Source: a virus. From it: a stretch of 64,000 nucleotides of DNA. The notes beneath the pieces were generated by a model, which worked only from the letters and a program-made list of their open reading frames with translations, did not search any database and was not told the origin of the DNA. A program made the position numbers and the translations under genes. Within the stretch, counting starts at the first letter, position 1; each line of letters opens with the position of its first letter. The stretch lies in IMG/VR virus record IMGVR_UViG_3300050119_000091, positions 2,780 through 66,779 of that record. One strand, 5' to 3'. Shown piece by piece: positions 33,913 to 43,033 of the stretch.

Positions 33913-34770
33913 GTGCCGGTTTCACCTCCATCGAATCCAATATTTGACACTGCGACGTCGATCATGAACGCGACGAAGCCGCGCGTAGCCCAGGAGATGC
34001 CGTCTCTGGTGGCGTATAGCGGTAGCGTCCTGGATCATACGCAAGCCACATCGCAGCAGTTTTTCAATAACGCATGGCGCAACTTTCAGGATTCACTCTG
34101 TGATGCCGGATCAAAGGCGTTTCAGGAAGAAATCGTCATTAAGGACATTCCGCCTACCGCCAGTTTTGATCCGGCGGACCAAAATTCAATATCGTGGTTT
34201 GAATGCTCAGATGGCGTGAATACGACATCGACGCCAGTGCTGCCGTCCGATCTCGTGACGCCATTGTGGATGAGCGAGCGCCAGGCGGGAACCGAAAATC
34301 CGTTCCCGCGCCCCGACGCGCCGAACATGGATTTATACATCGACGGGTTGCCACGAACCGCGCAAAAATATTGCTACAACGGATGTTGGGAGTGGCGCGG
34401 GCAGGTTATTTATTACCCTGGAGCAACTCAATCGGTCGATTTTTTGATTCGGTATCGAAAGCAACTTTCTGACATTGTTGACGTAGGCAATCAGCGGTGG
34501 TTCAATCAGCCAGTCCCGCTGGTGCGATGTCAAAATCCGATGTCCTGGTGGATGGTTGTCGAGATAGCAGCATTCGCGGCGGGCACGCCGAACGCACCGC
34601 GCAATATCGTAGCAATGGCCGCGACCGCTGAGGCGAAAGCTATCGAAGCAACGAAAAAGTATGCAAACCGTGACGTTATGCTCGATGAGCGCACTGAAGC
34701 GATTCGGGTCCCATACAACGGCGGATCGCGCGGGCAGGGCAGTCAGGGCGGATACGGCAACTTCTACTAG
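33913..34770 (+). CDS. Head-tail adaptor/ring protein paralog 2
   Basis: FNNAW..FQDSL, LPSDL, SER, PGATQ shared with the previous ORF. Confidence 0.65.
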   Translation: MPVSPPSNPIFDTATSIMNATKPRVAQEMPSLVAYSGSVLDHTQATSQQFFNNAWRNFQDSLCDAGSKAFQEEIVIKDIPPTASFDPADQNSISWFECSDGVNTTSTPVLPSDLVTPLWMSERQAGTENPFPRPDAPNMDLYIDGLPRTAQKYCYNGCWEWRGQVIYYPGATQSVDFLIRYRKQLSDIVDVGNQRWFNQPVPLVRCQNPMSWWMVVEIAAFAAGTPNAPRNIVAMAATAEAKAIEATKKYANRDVMLDERTEAIRVPYNGGSRGQGSQGGYGNFY

Positions 34771-34821
34771 GGTGTTGTACAATAGCAGACGAAACGCAGC
34801 GTCAACAGGAGATATGATCAC

Positions 34822-35265
34822 ATGGCCGTAGGAATTGTATACACGGGAGCACTGGCGAACGGGTCCAGTTTTGCGGCTGGAAGCGGAAGCGGTTTGTGGG
34901 ATACCACAAAGGCATCGATAATCATCCCCGCCCAACTGACGCTCACTGGAAATTATGGAACCGGAAGTTCCAACGGAGATCCGCTTAATTTTGGCTCAGT
35001 CGCCCCTCCCATTGGAGGTAGCCTGTATGACGACGCCCCATGGTGGTGGAGTCTGGAAGAGCTTGCGGTGGCCGGGTCCGTATTGACAGGGTACGAGTTC
35101 AAGTATCTGCCGGGTCCGACGTTGGCGAAGCCCACGCAAGCGGGCGGGGTGCTTCAGGCCCTTTTGGCTGGCGTGCAGTATACTCCAAGCGCGGCCTATG
35201 GCGGCGCATTGCCGTCTGGCACCGTCATCAATGGCGTGTTCGTATTCACTCGCTCGGGCGCGTAA
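34822..35265 (+). CDS. virion structural protein
   Basis: AGGAG RBS, TACAAT promoter element upstream. Confidence 0.65.
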   Translation: MAVGIVYTGALANGSSFAAGSGSGLWDTTKASIIIPAQLTLTGNYGTGSSNGDPLNFGSVAPPIGGSLYDDAPWWWSLEELAVAGSVLTGYEFKYLPGPTLAKPTQAGGVLQALLAGVQYTPSAAYGGALPSGTVINGVFVFTRSGA

Positions 35266-35314
35266 TCGTGCGGCGCTGACAATTCGATGGCGCAAAATAC
35301 CGCATCTCCAGATT

Positions 35315-35551
35315 TTATATTCCCCACATTGGGCCACTCATGTATGTTACTGAATCATCACGCAATCGCTGTGCATCGGCCTGCGTTCTCTCTAGTATCG
35401 CAATCTTGCGCTCTAATTTACGTTGCTTTAGTATGCAAGCGCCGTGCGGGGATGCGCGGCATGTCTCGCACAACTCTGACATTAAGTGGATGTCGTTGGT
35501 GAATGAATTACCGCAAAGAGCGCAATCAGCTTCCCATTGTGTGGGTGTCAT
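35315..35551 (-). CDS. small CxxC..CxxC protein
   Basis: CALCG..CETC; stop abuts the repeat. Confidence 0.55.
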   Translation of the reverse strand: MTPTQWEADCALCGNSFTNDIHLMSELCETCRASPHGACILKQRKLERKIAILERTQADAQRLRDDSVTYMSGPMWGI

Positions 35552-35554
35552 TTA

Positions 35555-35653
35555 TCATTCCCTCTTCCCTGCCTTGAATCCTGATAGCCAAGCTGCCATT
35601 GCGACAACGGCCAGCATGATGAACTGGGTTACTATATCTGTTGTGAAAGTCAT
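35555..35653 (-). CDS. 32-aa membrane peptide (not in track)
   Basis: MTFTTDIVTQFIMLAVVAMAAWLSGFKAGKRE; tiles between neighbours. Confidence 0.5.
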   Translation of the reverse strand: MTFTTDIVTQFIMLAVVAMAAWLSGFKAGKRE

Positions 35654-35654
35654 G

Positions 35655-36074
35655 CTAGCGACCCTCTGTTACGGTTGCCGTAATCGTGCTCTTGTATTGG
35701 CATCGCGGGCACTTCCTCGCACCCCGAATTTTCCTGGAAATTCTGATGTGTCCGCACTTCAGGCACTCTATCGGCGGCAGGCACCGAGGCCCGATAGAGA
35801 ATTCAGATTGAGCCACAATGCCATGTCCAGCCAGCCAGAACGAGGGGCTGTCCGATTCTCCATACCCGCAAACTCGCCCTATGGTCCAAGTCGCGCTGAA
35901 GTCCCCGACGTGTCTGCCGTGTCCGCGAATCCAGTAGAAATCTCCAGGGCGCATACTGTCCGCGTCGGCAAAATAATCCTTGCATGCTTCCGTGGATATA
36001 GCAAAAGAAACAGTGTCTTTAAGAACCGGAAACGACGGTATTCTGGCGGTCCCGTTCTGATTTATTCGGCTCAT
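35655..36074 (-). CDS. protein with C-terminal Zn ribbon
   Basis: CLKCGH..CPRC; TTGACA-N18-TATATT 5 nt before ATG, palindrome CCGTATACGG in the spacer. Confidence 0.6.
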   Translation of the reverse strand: MSRINQNGTARIPSFPVLKDTVSFAISTEACKDYFADADSMRPGDFYWIRGHGRHVGDFSATWTIGRVCGYGESDSPSFWLAGHGIVAQSEFSIGPRCLPPIECLKCGHIRISRKIRGARKCPRCQYKSTITATVTEGR

Positions 36075-36119
36075 GACTAAATATACACCGTATACGGCAT
36101 AAGTGTCAATAGTGAAATA

Positions 36120-39100
36120 ATGGCCCAAAACACCGCATCTCCAGATTCGCATGAAATCCCGATAACCGTCTTTGGCGGACTTGTCACGTATATTGATCCG
36201 ACAAGTCTGCCAATGGGAGTCAGTCCCGATTGTTCGGATATGCAGTTCACTCCAGGCGGAACGTCGAGCCGGGACGGATTTAAGAAGCACTTCGCGGCCC
36301 CGCTTTACCCCACCGAAACCCGCACGTACCAAAAATCCTACGTTGACCCAAGGGGTACAATTTTCAATCTGTATTTCTACTCCAACGGTGCGTTGACAGT
36401 CGAGAACGTCACGACAGCGCCAGGAGTAGAAACGCTTCTCAGTCAAACGTCAGCGCCGGGATCATGGGCGAAATCTTCTACTGCGTTTGGGCGCGAGTAC
36501 ATCGCAATCTCAGACACATTGCACGGCGCGGAGATCCCGCTTCAGTTCGACGGCGTAAATCTCGATAGGGTGACTCAGGACGGGCCGGGTGCTTCTCCCA
36601 ATGTCTCAAGTGTCCCGATCCCTGCCGTCGCTATGGTGGCGTCAGGAGCGCCCGTAGTGTTGAACCTGACGGAGTCAGACCCCAGAGGCGGAGACGGTTC
36701 GGGTTACTTTACCGCGATTGATATGTACACCATGGATTCGGTGGCATCCGTCAATATAGGCGACCAAATCACAATTGCGGGGTACGGTGGCGCTCCTGCT
36801 CCAATGAACGGAACGTGGCCGGTATTGGCGATATTTCTCAGTTCCGGATCTCCTGGAAACCTGATTCAGCTTTCGGCGTATCTGCCGCCGACTACGGTAT
36901 CCAGCGTGGCATCGGCGACCGGGACGGTCGGCGGCGGAACGACGATTCAGCGGGTCAATAATCTGGTAACGGTGACCACGGCGGCGGCGCATCAGCTTCA
37001 GCCGGGATACCAGGCGCAAATCACAGGGATGCCAGCCGCATCTGTAGGCACGTCGATTTCATCCGTGGTAGTGAATAACGAAGACCTGCCGGGTCTGGCG
37101 ACAGTGACGACATCGACGGCACATGGCCTGGTTCCGCAATTACAGGTCAGCTTGGTGGGTATTGCAGGTACAGCAGTCGGCGGCGGCATTACTTCTCTGT
37201 CAAGGCAGGGGCAGATAGTGACCGCCACGACGGCTACAGCGCACGGGCTGACCCCTGGCGCAACCGTCACGATAGCGGGAGTTGCAAACGCCAGTTTCAA
37301 TAGCACGGTGACAGTCTTGAACGTAATTTCCGCGACGGTGTTCACCTATATTCAGGTGGATGTGGACGCCACTGATTCAACGGGAACTGCCACTCTGAAC
37401 TGGCCGATATTCAACACTCAAACACCTACGTATTTCGAGGTAGTTTCGGCCCCAACAGCGACTACATTCCAGGTCCAACTGGACTATTCGGACGGATCAT
37501 GGTCAGGCGGGACGGTCACATATGCATGGGATGGGACGTTCTTTGTTCAGGACGTGCCGGGGCCGACATCGTTTACGTACTTGCAATACGGCCCGAATGC
37601 GACGAGTTCGACGGTTGGAAGCGTAACGCCCTATGGCCAGGCCGCGCCAGGCAAGCGGCAGATGGTTTGCTTTTTCATAACCAGGCAGGGCTACACAACG
37701 AGATACAGTCCACCCGTTCCCGTAGTTACGAATGGCGGCCAATATCTCAGTGTGACGAATATTCCGATAGGGCCGTCGAATATAATTGCCCGCGTGCTGG
37801 CATTCACTGGCGCGGAGGGGGCGTATTTTTACTGGATTCCCGCACCGCCCCAAGTCAACGGGCAGTTGGTTGGGACATCGACGATTATCAACGACAACAC
37901 GACAACCAGCACCATTCTGGATTTCAGCGATCCGACTTTATTTGCGGGGCTTGGAATTTCAACCGCAGGAAATAACCTTGCAAATCAGACAGTCATTGAC
38001 GGTGCGCTTGGATTTGCGCGGTACGCCAGCCGCCTGATTACTTACGGGCAGAGAAATAACATTCAAAATTTGCTGAACATGGGATTCGATGGTGGATACC
38101 TGCCAGCGGCTCCGACGCTGCCTGCCGGGTGGGCAGGCGGCGGCGCGGGAACGATTGCGGCGGGTCACTACGGCAGCGGATGGACCACGAGCGCTACGCC
38201 CCTTACTCAGTCGTTCTACGAAGATTTCAGCGGTGCCCCGATTGCGATCGGAAACACGGCGTACACGTTCAGGGCGTGGGTAAGTGCGGCGGGAACGGTC
38301 ACGGCAACAATCAGCAGCATTGAGGGTAGTTTCACGAGTACGGCCACGCTTACTGCATCGGCGACGGGATGGTATGAGTATATATTCAGCCTGAAAACCC
38401 CTGTGAGCATACCCGACGATATGCTGATTGGCATAACAGGCTCGGGCGTGATTGTCGATGAGATGAGTATTGTTTTCACCGACACCCCATACGCGACAAC
38501 ACTACTCGGATCGTACGTGAATAACCCGGAAGCGTTCGACGGAGTTTCCGGCAGGTTCGGTCCTGTCGATGACACGCATCAAACGCTGGCGCTCGGGATC
38601 ATCCGAAGTAATCTGTACTTACTGACCCAGGATCCAAGTGGGCGAATGCACCAAACATCCCAGGGGGACACTGAACCTTCAGGATGGACCGTTGACGAGG
38701 TAGGGCAGAATTGCGGGACGGTGTCCGCGTTCTCGCTCACGGTTTCGCAGGCCAATGACAATACAGGGGGCGGCGGCGAAGAATGGTTTGCGTGGTATTC
38801 CTCATCTGGTCCGCGAATATTCGGCGGAGAGTTCCCGTTCAAAATTGCCCAGGAGATCATGCGGCGCAAAGGACGGGTTCCGCCCGGATCGCCAGATGAT
38901 TTATCGAACATCAACACGGCGGCGCAAACGACCGTTTGGGGCCTGAACGACCCCATCGCAAAAATCATATATTTCGGCGTGCCGATGAATTCCGCGACCG
39001 CGCCAAGTAACGTCTGGATGCTGAATTATCTTGGATGTGAAACGGCGGGAGAGATCGCGTCTCAAGATCCGGTCCATCGCGCAATAAATACGGGCAAGAT

Positions 39101-39680
39101 GATCGCTAACGACCTTGGGCGTAAATGGTCGCCATGGAATCGGCCCATGAATAGTGCGGCGCTGATGTTCAGTAGCGACGGAGGATTACAGCCGTTCTTT
39201 TGCGGCGGAAACGGGCTGGCTCCCGGATCGTCCACGGATGGCGCATATGGAAATATCTACACACTGGACCCCTCCATGAACGTCGATGATGACTATGGAG
39301 TAATCGTGCCATATTACGTGACTTCGGCACTCCCGGACGCGGACCTGGCGCAGGGATTGGGAATCGGTGGCGGGTTGAAAATGTGCTCTTATGCCTATGG
39401 CTTGATTTCGGGAACGGGCACGATGACGATTTCGATTCTATTCAACCTGCTATCGAAGGCATGGCGCATCAATTCCGGCACTGGCGGTTCACCGATCATT
39501 ATGAATGAAAATCCCGACAACGACACGGAGTTCGGGTGCGGACAGGCGACAGGTAAGCGATTCTGGTTTAAGTTCGCATCCACCCCGACAACGGGAACGG
39601 CCAATGATTTTGAACTGAATAACTGGACCGTCGCCATTAAGAAGAATGCGAGAATGCCGATCAGGGGAAGTAACCGATGA
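36120..39680 (+). CDS. Tail nozzle/stabilization protein (P22 gp10/T7 gp12-like) with inserted beta-repeat domains
   Basis: FGGLVT..P..SPDCSDM start, SYVNNPEAF; three VTT..AH(G/Q)L.P repeats. Confidence 0.7.
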   Translation: MAQNTASPDSHEIPITVFGGLVTYIDPTSLPMGVSPDCSDMQFTPGGTSSRDGFKKHFAAPLYPTETRTYQKSYVDPRGTIFNLYFYSNGALTVENVTTAPGVETLLSQTSAPGSWAKSSTAFGREYIAISDTLHGAEIPLQFDGVNLDRVTQDGPGASPNVSSVPIPAVAMVASGAPVVLNLTESDPRGGDGSGYFTAIDMYTMDSVASVNIGDQITIAGYGGAPAPMNGTWPVLAIFLSSGSPGNLIQLSAYLPPTTVSSVASATGTVGGGTTIQRVNNLVTVTTAAAHQLQPGYQAQITGMPAASVGTSISSVVVNNEDLPGLATVTTSTAHGLVPQLQVSLVGIAGTAVGGGITSLSRQGQIVTATTATAHGLTPGATVTIAGVANASFNSTVTVLNVISATVFTYIQVDVDATDSTGTATLNWPIFNTQTPTYFEVVSAPTATTFQVQLDYSDGSWSGGTVTYAWDGTFFVQDVPGPTSFTYLQYGPNATSSTVGSVTPYGQAAPGKRQMVCFFITRQGYTTRYSPPVPVVTNGGQYLSVTNIPIGPSNIIARVLAFTGAEGAYFYWIPAPPQVNGQLVGTSTIINDNTTTSTILDFSDPTLFAGLGISTAGNNLANQTVIDGALGFARYASRLITYGQRNNIQNLLNMGFDGGYLPAAPTLPAGWAGGGAGTIAAGHYGSGWTTSATPLTQSFYEDFSGAPIAIGNTAYTFRAWVSAAGTVTATISSIEGSFTSTATLTASATGWYEYIFSLKTPVSIPDDMLIGITGSGVIVDEMSIVFTDTPYATTLLGSYVNNPEAFDGVSGRFGPVDDTHQTLALGIIRSNLYLLTQDPSGRMHQTSQGDTEPSGWTVDEVGQNCGTVSAFSLTVSQANDNTGGGGEEWFAWYSSSGPRIFGGEFPFKIAQEIMRRKGRVPPGSPDDLSNINTAAQTTVWGLNDPIAKIIYFGVPMNSATAPSNVWMLNYLGCETAGEIASQDPVHRAINTGKMIANDLGRKWSPWNRPMNSAALMFSSDGGLQPFFCGGNGLAPGSSTDGAYGNIYTLDPSMNVDDDYGVIVPYYVTSALPDADLAQGLGIGGGLKMCSYAYGLISGTGTMTISILFNLLSKAWRINSGTGGSPIIMNENPDNDTEFGCGQATGKRFWFKFASTPTTGTANDFELNNWTVAIKKNARMPIRGSNR

Positions 39681-39925
39681 ATGAGGTTTTATTGGCAGCG
39701 GCAGATAAAGCATCCCGCAAGCGCGAATACATGATTCAGCGGGCGAAGTCGAAAGGTCCGAGCGCGGCGTTCTATGTCGGATTGGTTTCGATATCGAAAG
39801 TTATTGACCATGCGAAACAGGCATCGGTTGGCAGTCGTGACGACGTGGTGGCTGCGATGGTTCGACTGCGAAGCGTCACCGCTGACACTGATCTGCGATA
39901 TCAGTCCGAACGCGAAGAAAAGTAA
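39677..39925 (+). CDS. hypothetical protein
   Basis: ATGA overlap; abuts the next gene. Confidence 0.55.
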   Translation: MNEVLLAAADKASRKREYMIQRAKSKGPSAAFYVGLVSISKVIDHAKQASVGSRDDVVAAMVRLRSVTADTDLRYQSEREEK

Positions 39926-41434
39926 ATGGCCGGATTTCAGGTTCCAAACCTCGCGTACCTCCGCAATATCCCGGTAATCGGCGGTCGTCTGTACGAAGCC
40001 CTGCACGGAGCGCAAAAGGCCATCAACACAATGGCGATTCAGGGCAATCTGAATCCCGATGGGCAGGTTGACCCACCGCCCGCAATCGACGGCGTAACGG
40101 CTACGGCGGCAAACGGCGTCCTCCATGTTTCGATTCAGCACACGGCTGCGGACGTGCGGCGCGATGTCGTCTATCACGTCGAGCACGCGGATAATCCGAA
40201 TTTCATAAACCCGCAAATTCGCCATTTAGGAGATACCCGCAGTTGGTCTGAATTCATCGGGGATCAATCGCGCTACGTGCGGGCATATGCGTCTTACGGG
40301 GCAAGCGCGGCGGGTCTGGTTCTGGTTCACGGTGGCGCAGCCACTCCGCAACCAGTCAGCGGCGGCGGATCGATAGGTCCATCGCCGTACCTTCCATCGC
40401 AAGGCAGGAGCACTGGAGCGCCCGGTCAGGGCGGCGCAGACTCTTCACCCGTCCCAGTGCGTTCCGACGCGTCTGGCTTCGATTGGAGGCTACAGCGGCC
40501 TATTGCATCAGAGGCGGAATCTCGTGCAGTGTCGCCCGGTTCGCTGAATGGCGTTGGATCGGTAAATTCGGGTGGTGGCGGCGGGGGCGGCTCAGTTTCT
40601 ATCTCTGAGGCCGCTATCGCAACATGCGAATACCTGTCTTCCGTGGCTGGTACCGGAAACGCGATTACTGGCGTAACGACGGTCCCGTATTCGAGTCTTG
40701 CGAACGGTTTCCTGATTCGCTATGTTCCGATTCACGACAACAGCGGAGCGACGACCTTAGCGGTCAATGGGATCGCTGCGAAAGCGATTACAAAGAACGG
40801 GACGATTGCGCTTGCGGGCGGGGAGATTGTTACGGGGCGAGCGTATCTTCTGATGTACGACGGAACGCGGTTTCAACTCGTCGGCCAGATCGCGCCAATC
40901 AGCGCGGGATTGCTCGGGTCAGACTCTCATGGCGTGCCGATTATTGCGCCCGATACCACGGTGGCTGCGGGAAGCTATACGAACGCAAATATAACGGTCA
41001 ACTCTCAGGGCCAACTTACGGCGGCAGCCAACGGATCAAGCGGCGCGGCCGTTACTGGAACGTGGACGCCAGACCTGCAATTTGGCGGCTCGAATACGGG
41101 CATAACTTATTCGGTCCAGCACGGTGCATACTGGTCATTCAGCAACTTAGTGGTGGCGACGTTCGATATTCTTCTCACGTCTAAGGGCGTGGCCACTGGC
41201 ATCGCGGAAATCGGCGGGTTGCCATTTTCGGTTTCGGCGGCGGAAGTTATTTCCGGGTCCGTGATTTACGGCCTGAATATGCTGGCACTTACGGGAACGC
41301 CCACGATTCTCTCAGAACTCGGTACCACGAAAATCGCCACATACACGTGGGGTGCGACGGGCGCGGCAAATCTCACGGATGCGAATTTCACAAACACATC
41401 CAGATTTATCGGAACGGTAATTTACCAGACATAA
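39926..41434 (+). CDS. Tail fiber protein
   Basis: NSGATTLAVNG..AKAI, AGSYTNANITVNSQGQLTAA, GTWTP..QHGAY fiber motifs. Confidence 0.8.
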   Translation: MAGFQVPNLAYLRNIPVIGGRLYEALHGAQKAINTMAIQGNLNPDGQVDPPPAIDGVTATAANGVLHVSIQHTAADVRRDVVYHVEHADNPNFINPQIRHLGDTRSWSEFIGDQSRYVRAYASYGASAAGLVLVHGGAATPQPVSGGGSIGPSPYLPSQGRSTGAPGQGGADSSPVPVRSDASGFDWRLQRPIASEAESRAVSPGSLNGVGSVNSGGGGGGGSVSISEAAIATCEYLSSVAGTGNAITGVTTVPYSSLANGFLIRYVPIHDNSGATTLAVNGIAAKAITKNGTIALAGGEIVTGRAYLLMYDGTRFQLVGQIAPISAGLLGSDSHGVPIIAPDTTVAAGSYTNANITVNSQGQLTAAANGSSGAAVTGTWTPDLQFGGSNTGITYSVQHGAYWSFSNLVVATFDILLTSKGVATGIAEIGGLPFSVSAAEVISGSVIYGLNMLALTGTPTILSELGTTKIATYTWGATGAANLTDANFTNTSRFIGTVIYQT

Positions 41435-41441
41435 GGCCTTC

Positions 41442-41825
41442 GTGACCACCAGACCACTCAAGCCATCCGACATCCCGATTCTTCAGGAGTTCGCGCGGCA
41501 ATCGTCTTTTCCCTATCCCCAATTGGACCATCCGCATATTGAGTCTGTTCTGGTGGTGGTGGATTCAGACGACAGGCCAATCATGGCTTGCGCGGCAAAG
41601 AGGCTGGTGGAACTGTATTTATTTGTAGATCCATCACGGGCTTCTGGCGTAAAAAAGAACGCTATCGACGCTCTCCACCACGGTATGGCCACGGCGCTAC
41701 GTGGGAAACTGTACAATAGTGCAGAGATATATCTGAGTCCGCTGATAGCAAACGCTTTCGGTCGGCGATTGGAGCGAACGTGGAACTGGGTACGCAACTG
41801 GCCGAGCTGGCACCACGGCCTCTGA
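41442..41825 (+). CDS. GNAT-like protein (podovirus gp13/gp14 position)
   Basis: RPLKPSDIP start, ELYLFVD; precedes the ejection genes. Confidence 0.55.
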   Translation: MTTRPLKPSDIPILQEFARQSSFPYPQLDHPHIESVLVVVDSDDRPIMACAAKRLVELYLFVDPSRASGVKKNAIDALHHGMATALRGKLYNSAEIYLSPLIANAFGRRLERTWNWVRNWPSWHHGL

Positions 41826-42256
41826 GGAAAAAAACTGGACCACTGCCCACTCCAATGGTCGAGCGCGCGTCTAGGGTGATAGAGTTCGCAATCCGCATCC
41901 CAGAATCAACATGTTGGTATTTTGCTGGGTCTCTAAGCGATAGAGGGTACGGGAAAACCAGTATGCCGGGGAAGTTTAATCGTGCCCATGTTGCCGCATA
42001 TATTGCCACATTCGGGCCAGTCCCGGATGGGACCGAAATAGACCATACATGTCGGGAGCGCTCGTGCGTGAATCCGCGTCACCTTGAGGCCGTTTCTCAC
42101 GCTGAGAATATGCGCCGTGCGCGGGGGTTAGGCAAATCCCGATTCAAATGTTCCCACCAATCGGTGAAGATGATAGCCGGTAAAAAACGCTGCGAAATAT
42201 GCTACAGGGAAGAGTACGCAAGAAATAACGCCAAAAAGCGCATGGGGGCGGCGTAA
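41780..42256 (+). CDS. HNH homing endonuclease
   Basis: CWYF.G..RGYG..RAHVAAY..IDHTCRERSCVNPRHLEAVSHAENMRR; start uncertain. Confidence 0.9.
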   Translation: MELGTQLAELAPRPLRKKTGPLPTPMVERASRVIEFAIRIPESTCWYFAGSLSDRGYGKTSMPGKFNRAHVAAYIATFGPVPDGTEIDHTCRERSCVNPRHLEAVSHAENMRRARGLGKSRFKCSHQSVKMIAGKKRCEICYREEYARNNAKKRMGAA

Positions 42257-43033
42257 ATGGGTCGCGGTTCAGATGTGGCTCAAAACTCCGCCACGCAATC
42301 CCAAAACACCGCATCTGGGTTAACCGGAAACGCCAATTCGCTGTACGGCAATCTGGCCCCGATGCTCACGTCACAAGCGGCGCACCCGGCAGGATTTTCA
42401 CCAGCAGACGAAGCGTCAATGGAAACAGGCGCAATGGATACGGCTGGTGGATCTGAAGCCGGGGCCGTTGGCGAGGGGAATCTGGAAGCAGCGCGAACGC
42501 GGAACGCGGGCGGATTCGGGCAGGCGGTTTCCGATGCATCGCGCGGAGCAGGCGAAACACTATCTCGCGGATTGCTCGGAGTTCGCAACGCAAATGCCAA
42601 CCTCAAAAATCAGCAGCAGAACGAAGCCCTTGGTGGGCTTGAGGGGCTGTACGGTACGAACGTGGGTGGCGCAAATTCGGCGCTCGGAAACGTAGCCCCG
42701 TTGGTCAATGCGGACACTAACGCGGAAAACGCAAGTTGGGACGCATTCAATAACATCACCGGGGCGATTGATAATACCGCCAAGGCGGCGTCTGGATTCG
42801 TCACACCGTGCTGGATAGCTGAAGTCCTGTACGGGATTGATGATCCACGAACCCATACAATTCGCGCCTGGCTGAGAGGTCCATTCCGCGACACGGTGGC
42901 AGGGAGTTCGCTGGTGACGCTATATCTGGCTATCGGGCGTCCAGTAGCGTGGGTTGCGCGGCGATCTTCATGGCTCCGTGCGGCATTGAAACCGCTGTTT
43001 GATGCGGCACTCCGAAAGGCGACGGGATGTTAG
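42257..43033 (+). CDS. Ejection (internal virion) protein with CFI-box-like C-terminus
   Basis: G/A/N/Q-rich; CWIAEVLYG..RAWL..LY...G..VA....LKPLFD. Confidence 0.6.
   Translation: MGRGSDVAQNSATQSQNTASGLTGNANSLYGNLAPMLTSQAAHPAGFSPADEASMETGAMDTAGGSEAGAVGEGNLEAARTRNAGGFGQAVSDASRGAGETLSRGLLGVRNANANLKNQQQNEALGGLEGLYGTNVGGANSALGNVAPLVNADTNAENASWDAFNNITGAIDNTAKAASGFVTPCWIAEVLYGIDDPRTHTIRAWLRGPFRDTVAGSSLVTLYLAIGRPVAWVARRSSWLRAALKPLFDAALRKATGC

Larger units (their letters stand above)
35287..36147. mobile_element. Moron-like insert bounded by a 28-bp imperfect direct repeat of the nozzle gene start
   Basis: 35287-35314 vs 36120-36147, 26/28 identical; three minus-strand ORFs inside. Confidence 0.6.

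Noticed and set aside
42302-42316. Third copy of CAAAACACCGCATCT matching 36126-36140
   Set aside because: Only 15 nt, internal to a coding region; probably chance
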